The translations under genes were made by a program, and so were the position numbers. The notes under the pieces were generated by a model. That model did no database searches, was not told the origin of the DNA, and worked only from the letters and a program-made list of their open reading frames with translations. A stretch of DNA of 63,998 nt, filler included, from Basidiobolus ranarum (Eukaryota): assembly GCA_040143965.1 (NCBI GenBank). It is 9 parts of 9 records of this genome, joined end to end, with 100 filler letters (N's around TTAATTAATTAA, not from the genome) between each part and the next. Parts side by side here need not be neighbours in the genome. Positions count along the whole stretch, not along the records: positions 50,188 to 57,231 come from JASJQH010001188.1; positions 57,332 to 63,998 come from JASJQH010001271.1; 7 more parts are not named here. One strand, written 5' to 3'. Shown piece by piece: positions 51,397-63,670 of this stretch (the stretch's first letter is position 1; each line of letters opens with the position of its first letter).

Positions 51397-51469
51397 GGGG
51401 CGTTGGCCTAATGGATAAGGCATCAGACTTCGGATCTGGGGATTGTGGGTTCGAGTCCCATGCGCCTCG
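51397..51469 (+). tRNA. tRNA-Arg(UCG)
   Basis: 73-nt cloverleaf: GGGGCGT acceptor, D-arm TGGCCTAATGGATAAGGC, anticodon loop CT-TCG-GA, T-loop GGTTCGAGTCC. Confidence 0.96.
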
Positions 51470-51754
51470 TTGTTATTGTTTTGTCTCTTTTTTGATAAAA
51501 TCGTTTTGCGCGCTTGTTCGGACGTAGGAAAAAATCTCTGTCGCTGCGAGTTAGGATTCTGAATAAAGTCTAGATTATCAAGATTACCATCCGTAAAGAA
51601 ATGGTAGTACCATAAGTTGGATGATTTGGTGTAGAATGGGTTCCAGACTAGACTTCAATCAGAACATCTATGATAATTTGTGATGACTGTCTAAAAATTT
51701 TGATTACAGCATGACTGAATTTTACGTTTACCATTTGACTCTTATTCATGCAAC

Positions 51755-52794
51755 ATGGTCAAACTACCTAGTATTAAGTTACCGTCAAGAACTTTGAATC
51801 TTTCAAACTTTCCTTTGAGAAATCAACGCCTCAATGTCAGCTTACCTTTTATTTTAGCTAAAAACCTGAGCTGTAAGGATGATTGTTTTTTGTTCTTGTT
51901 CCGCATTATTGATTCGTCATAATACTTGCTTGATAGATGACTAAATATATATACATAATTATAGCTTATGAATCTTATCAAAGACAACCACTTTATGACG
52001 GCCACATTCCAACCTCTACGCTAGAAAAAAGTGCACTTTCCGTTAAAGCTGCTTTTACGGCATTATTCAATCCATTGCGAGGAGGTAATACTGGATTTCG
52101 ATATATCTATATGTATTTTTTTAGACGTAAATCTTACTAGCTATATATACTTCTAGATATGGTTGCAGTTTTGGGCGAAACAACAGGCTCTATGATACTT
52201 CCCCGAATTCGGGATAAGATGTTGGCTGACCCTGTTGGTCGTAGAATTCTTCGTGAGAAACCACTACTTAACAGCAAAACTTTAGATTTACCTAAACTTC
52301 GAACTTTGCCTGTTGGAACCTTTGGTCGTGAATATGTAAAGTGGTTAGATGAGCAACAGGTTACACCTGATACGCGTGCCCCAGTAAGTATGCTTTTATG
52401 TTCTTCCGTAGTTTGATATTAACAAAAAAACATTATGTAGGTACACTACGTAGACGATCCAGAGCTTGCCTACGTTATCAGACGCTATCGTGAAACACAC
52501 GACTTTTACCATGCTCTAACCGGATTCGGTATTAGTGTTGAAGATGAGTTGGCCTTGAAATGGTTTGAGTTTGCGCAAACTGGCTTACCAATGACCCTTC
52601 TGGGATCGGTATTTGGTCCATTGCGTTTACCTTCAGTCGAACGGAAGCATTTGTTTGAGGTGTATGTTCCCTGGGCTATTCGTTGCGGATCAAATGCCAA
52701 GTTCCTAATGAATGTGATGTATGAAGAGCAATTTGAACGACCTTTAGACGAGCTCCGCAAAGAATTAGGCATCTATTTGCCACCACAGCTTTAA
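51755..52794 (+). CDS. COQ4: Ubiquinone biosynthesis protein Coq4 (multi-exon)
   Basis: DMVAVLGETTG; GRRILREKP; RYRETHDFYH; ELALKWFEFAQTGLPM. Confidence 0.95.
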
Positions 52795-53374
52795 AGACTG
52801 CGTTTCATATGTAGCGATATGCTGAAACTGACAGATTTACTTTATCACCGTATCTTCCATTTTTGCTTGATTTTGTTAACAGAAAGAAGAAATAAACGTC
52901 TGATGTATAGAATTTTTGTTTAGAAATCTACCTATGTATCTCCATCAAACTTCAAGTGACAATCTTCAAATTATGGAAATTAGGCTACATTTCTCATGTA
53001 TATCAGGTGATTAAGTTCCAAAATTTCTTTCAGAAGGAAACTCAACCCTTTGATCTGTGGACAATAGCGAACATTGCCATACACCCCCTCTCTCTTGAAA
53101 CTTGGAGGGTATTACCAAAATCATTTATCCCAATATCCAGTATTCCATTGCAGTTTGCACACAAAAAAATCATTCTGACCCACTCATTTTTGGAATACCA
53201 GGAATCAATACGTGACTGCCTAATACACCGGTTTGGAAATAGCTATCATATTAGTAAACTATTTTAGATGAAGTTTTCACTACAACCCGAGAAAAAAAAG
53301 TGATTGATATTGAGTTGACTTTTATTTGACTGCGTGTTGAGCTTTCTTGTATTTATTTATATCCATAAGATAGT

Positions 53375-54804
<1,430 letters not shown>

Positions 54805-55139
54805 AATTTATCTGGGTCATTCATAATTCTCCCAGTCACTTTTGTGCTTTAATTAAGTGTAAAATCTTTAATCATTCTGATTTTGTTTAAACTAAAAAGT
54901 CATTTGTTCTGGATGATTTTTAATAGACACATTAAAACCTTTATCTCAGCATATTAATCAACGAGTAAATATCAGATATAAAATTCATGCGCAAATATCA
55001 TTGAAAAACCACCAGGGCAAAAAAGGAAAAATCATCGAAGAAAAAAAAGGTGCTAGTAACGTATGTACTAAATATAATCAAGTTTTCAGAAGCTAGCAAG
55101 TGTCAATTACTGGAGAATACCTAATACTATTTTATAACC

Positions 55140-56219
55140 ATGGCTGACGTTATTCGTAAAGAAGTTTTATATTGTGGAGGTATGTGATCCCATAACAGTT
55201 TTCATTTATTAGTTTTGACTATAGTCAGACTCTTCGTTTTGTTACTTCCATCACTAACTTCGATTTTTGAAATTAGTTTGCACTTTACCACCGGAGGTTC
55301 GTTAGATCCCTTTTGTTTTTTTACTCTAAGAAGCAATCCAATTAGTTGCTAAGCAGGTCTATCTTTATTTATATCTTTAGTTTTGCGAGTTTGGAACCAC
55401 TTTAGAGAAGTGTAAGCAATGGCTTCAAAGTGGACACCCCGAAGAATATGAAAAATTATATTCTGCTAGCGCAGGTGAGAGCTGACTATGTTTACAAATA
55501 CCATTTCTTGTTGCAAAATCTTAACCAAAGTATTTTATTTAGATATCGAAGAAAAATTAGGCCAAACCTCTTTGGATGATAAAGCTACTGAAGGAGAGGA
55601 AAAGAAACCAGTTAAGAGTAAGTGGTTTCTCCCTTGGAATAGAGAGAATAATGTGAATAACATCAATAACTTATTACCTAGGTAAAAACCTTAGTAAGGC
55701 TGAAAAAGAGCTCCAAAAGAAACAGGTTGAGTTTATTTTGACACATAAACAGTTGAATACTCGTATAGAGCGCTAAACTAAGTAACCCATATATGATTTT
55801 AGAATGCTAAAGTTTTCATTGAGCGTGTGGAGAGAAATAAGCGCAAGTTTATCACCACTGTTCTTGGCCTCGAAGTATTCGGTACTTATACCATGTAAAA
55901 ACTAATTTCTTGAAATTTGTGGTATTTATTATGATCCATTCCCAGACATTGACCTAAAGAAAGCAGCTAAGATGCTTGCCAATCGATTTGCTTGTGGTTC
56001 CTCTGTTGCCAAGAATAAGCAAGGTTTGGATGAAATAGTCGTCCAAGGAGATTTCTCAGAAGAAATTCGTGATTTGATCCTTGAAAATTGGAGTGTTGTA
56101 AGTTATACCTGCCACTTGAACTAAAAATACAAAATACCATATTCATCTTCTATTTTCAGGTGCCTGAGAACAATATCGAATTGGTTGAAAAGAAAAAGAA
56201 GAAGGCCACCCCACCATAA
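55140..56219 (+). CDS. TMA22: Translation machinery-associated protein 22 / DENR (SUI1 domain; many short exons)
   Basis: VLYCG/VCTLPPE/FCEFG; ERNKRKFITTV.GLE.F; KKAAKMLANRFACGSSV; EIVVQGD. Confidence 0.93.
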
Positions 56220-56801
56220 TTGAAGCCATATTGTCTATTTTCTTGATCTGAAATAAAAAACCTGTTTCTTTGTGAGAAATTCTCAACACACTTTATATGA
56301 TTGAGCTACAAATTATACACCTATTGCTGAAAATAAGAAGTCTCTTTATTAAGTTCAACATTGAAGTTGTTATACCAGTGTTATATAAGAGCGTCCTTGA
56401 TATTAGCACATTAAAATAGAGTGAAGTATTACCAAATCAGTAGTACCCAAGAAAAACAAATAGTATCGTGATTATTACGAGTAACCCTAATGTAACAGCG
56501 TCACTTCGCATTATACAATCGCCTCTATATTGTGCACACTGGAGTACTCATGGCGGTCTGTTTTGATGCTGTGTTTAGCAATGAACAAAAGTATTCTCTG
56601 TTATGTACAGACTAGGAAGCTAATAACTCATATGGGGATTCCAATCGTTAAAATGAATACTACTAGTATCTTTACGGATATTTTGAATCTGTGTACATTC
56701 AAGTTGTTGAAGATAGGTCTGTTAGAGTATTGAATACTGTATCACACTATACTGGATCCAGTTGACTTTTTGATAAGCAACTGAAGTGACCAAAGCAAAA
56801 A

Positions 56802-56874
56802 CGAGGCGCATGGGACTCGAACCCACAATCCCCAGATCCGAAGTCTGATGCCTTATCCATTAGGCCAACGCCCC
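56802..56874 (-). tRNA. tRNA-Arg(UCG), identical to the 51397-51469 copy
   Basis: Exact reverse complement of the first tRNA gene. Confidence 0.96.
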
Positions 56875-57681
56875 TTACTGTATTCTTCAATGCCCGATGT
56901 TGATCACCGATAAGATAGCAGTCGATGTTGACATGCACAGAAGAATAAGGGTTTTGGAAGCGCTAAGTATTTTGTAAACAATATCTTACTTTAATCTACT
57001 CAAATGTTAATTTGTTAATATATATAGGGATATATAAGTGTCTGAGAGCTTGGGTTCTTGGATTCAATCTTTGATAGTGTGTAATTTTGTATTTTGCTCT
57101 TGGTAACAACACCAGAATCTTCCTAGAATATTTACTCCAGCGAGTTATTCAATAATTTGACATACATAAATTCTCAAAGCAAGCATTAGCAATACGTTTT
57201 CATTATGACTAACTTATCTTATCTGGTGAACNNNNNNNNNNNNNNNNNNNNNNNNNNNNNNNNNNNNNNNNNNNNTTAATTAATTAANNNNNNNNNNNNN
57301 NNNNNNNNNNNNNNNNNNNNNNNNNNNNNNNATCAAAGCTTGGACTAAACTTAGGTATAGAAGTGCATAAAGTATGACATTTCAACATTTTACTATTTGT
57401 TTGTCAAGACAAATCCCGGAAGCAGTCACTACCGTGAGCAAATTTAGGATTAGCAAGATAGAATACATCCAGTCGATTTTGTGGGAAAAATAACCTGATC
57501 TGTCTACATCTAGTTTGCGCCACCTAATTTACATTCTGGGAATCAACTTGCTTAGAAAACGGATCATATTGCCTTCAGTTTTGTCGAAACTTGGGTGCTC
57601 AACTATAAAAATAGCTAGGAGAAAGCTATTCTTCTACATTTTACAATACTATTTTGAGCCCAGTATCCTTTTAAAATAATA

Positions 57682-58068
57682 ATGAAATTCGCTACATTAG
57701 CTATTGTCTCTACCATTCTTACTCTGACTGCCCAAGGTTTACCTATGGGTAAAGACATCAAAGTACTAGTGGGAGACAAGAGAGATCTACACAATCTGTG
57801 TGGCAACTGGTTCTGCGGCCACACTAAGCGTGAGGAGACAACCCCAGAAAGTCCAGTCAAATCACCAACTGATAACTCTGAGCAAGAACTTCTTACTAAT
57901 ATTGAAAAGCAAACAATTCGTGTACAACCGCTTATCACCAGCAAAAAGCGGGATCTACATGACCTTTGTGGCAGATGGTTTTGTGGGCATACAAGAAAAA
58001 GAAGCGTCATACTTCGCAACTATCTCAGATCCTCTATAGAAAAAAGTGTGTACAAGTTTAGCAGTTGA
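57682..58068 (+). CDS. Secreted Kex2-processed repeat peptide precursor, copy 1 (type A)
   Basis: Signal peptide; DKR-DLHNLCGNWFCGHT-KR ... KKR-DLHDLCGRWFCGHT-RKR. Confidence 0.92.
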   Translation: MKFATLAIVSTILTLTAQGLPMGKDIKVLVGDKRDLHNLCGNWFCGHTKREETTPESPVKSPTDNSEQELLTNIEKQTIRVQPLITSKKRDLHDLCGRWFCGHTRKRSVILRNYLRSSIEKSVYKFSS

Positions 58069-58448
58069 ATATTACTCCATCAAACTGCAGCAAAATCTGG
58101 TTCGAGCAATTGCCAACGGTTAAACCTCTTGTTTGTCGGGAAATGCGAATATACCAGTTTACGTACTATGCAAGAGTCAGTTATTTCTTCCCATTTTGTC
58201 AACAAATTTGTTGTAGTAAATTTTGAATACGCTTACTATCAAATAATTTAATAAACTATTTGCTGTTACTTATGGCATATCTAATTTGTTTTCGACTAAA
58301 AATCTTATCATCGTAGCAGATGAACCACCTATACATATTTTTAAAACCATTACTCAATATGTATCGGGTTAGAATAATCAGGATAATTATTATTGAGAGT
58401 GTATTTGGTTTTTTCGGAAATAACCCGAGATGTTGATTTATACCACTT

Positions 58449-58477
58449 AATATTCTGGGAATCCAACAACTGAGAAT
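58449..58477 (+). promoter_or_regulatory. Conserved upstream motif AATATTCTGGGAATCCAACAACTGAGAAT of the peptide genes; also at 60640, 61958 and 63356, with variants near 57533 and 59653
   Basis: Near-identical 29-mer about 290-320 bp upstream of the ATG of copies 2, 4, 5 and 6, while surrounding sequence is more diverged. Confidence 0.7.
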
Positions 58478-58740
58478 TTAGGATGAAACTGCCTCACTAA
58501 GCATCCAAATGACAGAAAGATCTCTTCAGAGATATCTCTTGACATGGAAGATATTTATCAGAATCTAGCCTAGTTTGTATAGCGTAATATTCTTGGAACG
58601 ATGTGACCGGGTATTGCTTATTGTATATAGTTAGCCTGAGAGACGACCACAATGCATATAAGTAGCTAGTAGGTAGCCGAACCATAGTGTCCAATCAATT
58701 CTCTTGCAACATCAACTTGAAATATCATTCAAATACAGCC

Positions 58741-59130
58741 ATGAAATTCATCAGTATCTTGGTAGTTTCCACTGCTCTTACTTTACTGACCGTACAAAGT
58801 TTACCTGCGGATCAGGGTTTCAAAGTTGTATCAGGAGATAAAAGAAACCTTCATGACTTGTGCGGCAGGTGGTTCTGCGGTCATACTAAACGTGAGGAAA
58901 CCTCAGTAGTTGTTCAAATCGAAACAACAAGCACTGACTCTAAAGAAATTACTTCTGCTAAAATTGAAGGGCAAACAGTACATGAACAACCATCTACCAT
59001 CAGTGACAAGCGGGATCTACACGACATATGTGGAAGGTGGTTTTGTGGGCATACAAAAATAGGAAGTACTTCTCTACGTGATAGTCTTCGGTCATTAAAA
59101 AGAAGAAGTGTAATTCTTCCCAACGTATGA
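58741..59130 (+). CDS. Secreted Kex2-processed repeat peptide precursor, copy 2 (type B)
   Basis: MKFISILVVS signal; DKR-NLHDLCGRWFCGHT-KR ... DKR-DLHDICGRWFCGHT-KIG; start placed at the MKF ATG by homology. Confidence 0.92.
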   Translation: MKFISILVVSTALTLLTVQSLPADQGFKVVSGDKRNLHDLCGRWFCGHTKREETSVVVQIETTSTDSKEITSAKIEGQTVHEQPSTISDKRDLHDICGRWFCGHTKIGSTSLRDSLRSLKRRSVILPNV

Positions 59131-59809
59131 GTTCGGTATAGTAAGGTCTGTGTAGAATACAACTCGCAACTGGCAGCCATAATAAGTATTCTCCAAAGAT
59201 TTACATGCATACTCTATGCATAGCTAAGACGGTATTACCGATACCTCACTGACGCAATATCAGGCGTTTCTAACCTTTTTGTCTATTATACTGATGTAAT
59301 TATAAACACTTTTTCCATGAACCCAACTTAGTAATATAATAAATCTCTGATGATTGTAAACACATAACACCTTATTCTTCTTGAGCCATGTCACGTATTA
59401 ATAGGTAAATAATTTTAGAAGTTATCTTGAAAAGAGCCAAATACGTCACTGAGATCTTACCATCTTACTTGGATTTTGTCTCTATCCTGGCCAATGTCGA
59501 GTATAGTTACTGTGTGAGAACAACTATGGATCATCAAAATCGAATGAATCTGCTCAATTTTATGAAAGCATCTCCAACCCTCTCCCTACTCATAATTTCC
59601 ATTTTGAGAATCAAGTCACTATCTATTTTCAGCTTGTGTTACCTAGCTTTTGTTCTGCGAATTAAGCTACTGAGAACGAAGAACTAACTTCTCATCACTC
59701 TTGCATTCGAGATATGATGGCCAAGCTATATAAGCAGTGAAAAGACAGAATGATGTTCATAATATTGTTCTGTTACAGTAGCAAGCTCAATTGTCCTTCA
59801 ATAAGAACC

Positions 59810-60175
59810 ATGAAGTTCGCATCTTTAGCCACCGCCTTTACTGTTCTTACTATGACTGCTCAAAGCTTACCTTTGGGCCAAAATGCCAAAAGCTTAACTG
59901 GAGACAAGAGGGATTTGCATGACTTGTGCGGCAGGTGGTTCTGTGGTCATACTAAACGTGAAGAAGCCTCTATAGTGGGTACAGATGAATCACCAATTAC
60001 TGACTCTGAGCTACATACTTCTATTATAATCAAGGAGAAAACAATACGAGAACAAGCATCTACCACCAGCGACAAGCGAGATTTACATGACCTGTGTGGT
60101 AGGTGGTTCTGCGGGCATACCAGGAAACGAAGTGTAATTCTTCGTAACAATCTCAGATCCGCCATAGATGTGTGA
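59810..60175 (+). CDS. Secreted Kex2-processed repeat peptide precursor, copy 3 (type A)
   Basis: MKFASLATAF signal; two DKR-DLHDLCGRWFCGHT-(KR/RKR) cores. Confidence 0.92.
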   Translation: MKFASLATAFTVLTMTAQSLPLGQNAKSLTGDKRDLHDLCGRWFCGHTKREEASIVGTDESPITDSELHTSIIIKEKTIREQASTTSDKRDLHDLCGRWFCGHTRKRSVILRNNLRSAIDV

Positions 60176-60951
60176 GTAACCTCAGACGCTGAGAAGTACA
60201 TCGTATCCTCTGATAAATCTTGTTTGATTCATTGTACACCAGTTACTTCCCAAGATGTTAGAAAGTAAATTTTGTGAGCTGATGCAGTCAATTAATAAGT
60301 AGTAGTTTTTTGTAGCAGTAAATCTGTGCTTACTCTAGTAATCATTTGTTAAACAATACCTCAGAAATTAGTATCTCTTACTCTATTGTAAACAAATATG
60401 TCATATTAAATTTTGAACCCAATAATATTATCAATTTAAAGTTTAAAGGTAAAGCGAAAGCGAAAAATTAGAAACATCACAAGATCTCTCAACTGAAATG
60501 CAAATGTAGTGCGTACAGTGATCGAATCTTTAACTGGATAGGTTGATCCAGAAATTGTCGCTTTTTTGCATCCAAAGATTGTAGTAGTCAACCTGCTTTT
60601 TCATCCTCATGTAATTTGAGATACTAGTTTGCATCACCTAATATTCCAGAAATCCAACAACTGAGAATTACTCTGTTTCATCCTATTTGTTCTAAGAAAT
60701 GCTCACTAGGCAACTAATTGACAGAGGCGTATTCTGTGGATATCTCCAGACACCATCGAGATATTCACCAGAAATGAAAATCATCTAACCTGATTTGTAT
60801 ATTCTGGGAACAACACGACTGAGCCTAACTAATGCCAAGTATTTTACCTGAGATATGACCATGGAATCATATAAATAGCTAGGTGACAGGATGATAATCT
60901 TCAATCAACTCTGTTACAACATCAGCCTCGAGTATCTTTTTATATATAGCC

Positions 60952-61335
60952 ATGAAACTCATCAACATCTTCGTAGCTTCTACTGTTCTTACTCTGGCAG
61001 TACAAAGTTTACCTGCAGATCAGGATTTCAAGGTTGTGGCAGGAGATAAAAGAGACCTTCATGACTTGTGTGGCAGATGGTTCTGCGGTCATACTAAACG
61101 TGAGGAAGTCTCTGCAGCTGCTCCAATCGAAACTATCACTAACTCTAAGCAAACGACTCTTGTAAAAACTGAAGAGCAAATAATGCATGAACAACCATCT
61201 ACCATCAGTGACAAGCGAGATTTACATGATTTATGTGGAAGGTGGTTCTGTGGTCACACCAAGAAGCGAAGCGTTTCCCTACGTGATCAGCTCAGAGCAT
61301 CAATAAGTAATGGTGTAGATTCTCTCAGTAGTTGA
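60952..61335 (+). CDS. Secreted Kex2-processed repeat peptide precursor, copy 4 (type B)
   Basis: MKLINIFVAS signal; two DKR-DLHDLCGRWFCGHT-(KR/KKR) cores. Confidence 0.92.
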   Translation: MKLINIFVASTVLTLAVQSLPADQDFKVVAGDKRDLHDLCGRWFCGHTKREEVSAAAPIETITNSKQTTLVKTEEQIMHEQPSTISDKRDLHDLCGRWFCGHTKKRSVSLRDQLRASISNGVDSLSS

Positions 61336-61629
61336 ACTCAGTACAACAAAGCCAGCGTTCCATTTAATTTAACTTATAATTAGCAGCTCTATCACCAGCA
61401 ATTTAAAGATTCACGTTCTTCATATGTCCTGTACATAACTAACAATGTACAATCAATGCTTTACTGACCTGGAGTCAGCTGTTTGTTGTCTTGATGTCAA
61501 CCAAACTGTAGTAATTTCAAATGTTTTTTTTGTGTTCAATCAAATAATTTAATAAATCTCTTATTGTTGTAAATCAGGCAAGTATTTGACTCTTACTTTG
61601 GTCGGCAATTGAAGAACGTAATATATATA

Positions 61630-61835
61630 GCTGTGGTAGGGTATAAAAACGATCTTCATGACTTGTATGGCAGATGGCTCTATGGCCACACTCTGAGTGA
61701 AGAAATATCTCCAAAGAGTCTAATCAAATCCCCAAACACTGACTCTGAATGAAGATTACTAAATTCGAGGAACAAGCAGTATATGAGCACTTACTTACTA
61801 CCAGTGACAAGCAAGGCTGCCTGATTTGTGAAGCA
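61630..61835 (+). pseudogene. Decayed peptide-precursor copy (type A-like)
   Basis: AVVGYKN-DLHDLYGRWLYGHT-LSEEISPKSLIKSPNTDSE*; no signal exon or ATG; KR sites and both Cys lost; second-core remnant after AGTGACAAGC. Confidence 0.85.
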
Positions 61836-62276
61836 GACGTCTATTTGTCAGGAAGTTAAAACCCGTTATGGAACCATTATCCAGATCAAGTAATCCGAAT
61901 ATTATCAGGGTTTACCTGCTTTTTCCCAACATAATTTGACACATCGTTATATTGCTTAATATTCTGGGAATCCAGCAACTGAGAATCTAGGACGAAACAG
62001 TGCCATCCTAGATTCTAAGAAATGTATACTATGTCAAACAGCCAGATTGCGGAGGCGTAATGTGAGAGATTTCTCTTGGGATCTTCGCCAGAATGGAGAT
62101 GGTTTGTATAGCATAATACCCTGCGAACAATGCGACTGATTATTGCAAATTCACTATTGATATGTATTTTAACTATGATATGGTCCACCAAGCCTTATAA
62201 GTAGCTAGACGATAGAACGATAGTCTACAATCTGCCCTATTGCAACATCAATTTCGAGTATCTTTCCAATACAGCC

Positions 62277-62687
62277 ATGAAATTCATTAGCATCTTTGTA
62301 GTGACTATTGTTCTTGCTCTGACTGTACAAAGTTTACCTGCAGATCAGAATTTCAAGGTTGTGGCAGGAGATAAAAGAGATCTTCATGACTTGTGCGGCA
62401 GATGGTTCTGTGGCCACACTAAACGTGAAAAAATTCCATCAACCGTTCAAATCGAGGCACCAATTACAAACTCAAATGCTAAAATTGAGGAGCAAACATT
62501 ACATGAACAACCGCTTACCGTCAGTGACAAGAGAGAATATGAACAACCATCTACCATCAGCGACAAGCGAGATCTACATGACTTATGTGGCAGATGGTTC
62601 TGTGGACACACAAAGAAAAGAAGTATTATTCTCCGTGATTATCTCAGATCTGCAATCGAAGGTATTCTACCCAATTCCAGTAGTTAA
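62277..62687 (+). CDS. Secreted Kex2-processed repeat peptide precursor, copy 5 (type B)
   Basis: MKFISIFVVT signal; two consensus cores; extra DKR site from a 36-bp internal duplication. Confidence 0.92.
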   Translation: MKFISIFVVTIVLALTVQSLPADQNFKVVAGDKRDLHDLCGRWFCGHTKREKIPSTVQIEAPITNSNAKIEEQTLHEQPLTVSDKREYEQPSTISDKRDLHDLCGRWFCGHTKKRSIILRDYLRSAIEGILPNSSS

Positions 62688-63670
62688 CTATTGTATCGTG
62701 CTGTATTGTGCAGCTGTTGCAGAATCTAGGAGAGCTCTCATCTATCTCACAACTATACTGTTTGCTGGAAGGCTGGTTTTATGAGCATATCTTCCATTTC
62801 AATTCATACTATACCTTTACTGACCTGGAGTCAGTTGCATCTTACCTTGTTTCCAAGTAATTGTAACAGTAAACTTGAGAATCTTTTTTTGTCAAACGCT
62901 TGAATAAATTGACCAGTGTTAATATTGAATCATTCGTTTGATGACTGGATATTTGAAAATTACTAGCCATTAATTATACAAAGATATTGGTTGTATCACC
63001 AAATTAATATTATCTTATCCGTGGACGAGTATTACTGATGTTTTTGGCTTCACATCAATACTGAACAACTACAAGAGTAATTCAAAAGTACCTATCACAA
63101 GCAGAAGTTACGAGGTTGTTGAAAAGAAAATAGCTTACCATCTGCTGTTTAACATTAATTCATTCACCAGCTATAGCTCTACATATTGGAATTTCAAGTC
63201 CTTATACTGATACCAATACTCTAGACATTCAAGCTGATTTAACGTTAGTATAGAAATACATTCTAATCTTCAGAGTTACTTTGACTATCGAAAGCACTGC
63301 AGAGATCAACCAGCTCTATCGTCATAAAATCGAATATATCGATTTAGTGTCACTCAATATTCTTGGAATCCATCAACTGAGAATCCAGAATGACACTGTT
63401 TCATCGTATTCCTTCTAAGAAATACTCACTAAAATCAATAAGCAACCAAATGACTAAATATCACACGGTACTAGCAAGATATTCCCTAGAATCGTCAATA
63501 TCTAGTCTGTATATCCTAAGGTTCTAGGAATAATGCGACTGAGCATCACAAATGATATGTATTTTGCTCGAGATGCGACCACTTTATTATATAAGTAGCT
63601 AGGTGGTAGAACGACAGTCTTCAATCAATTCTGTTGCAACATCAACCTCAAGTGTTATTCCAATATAATT

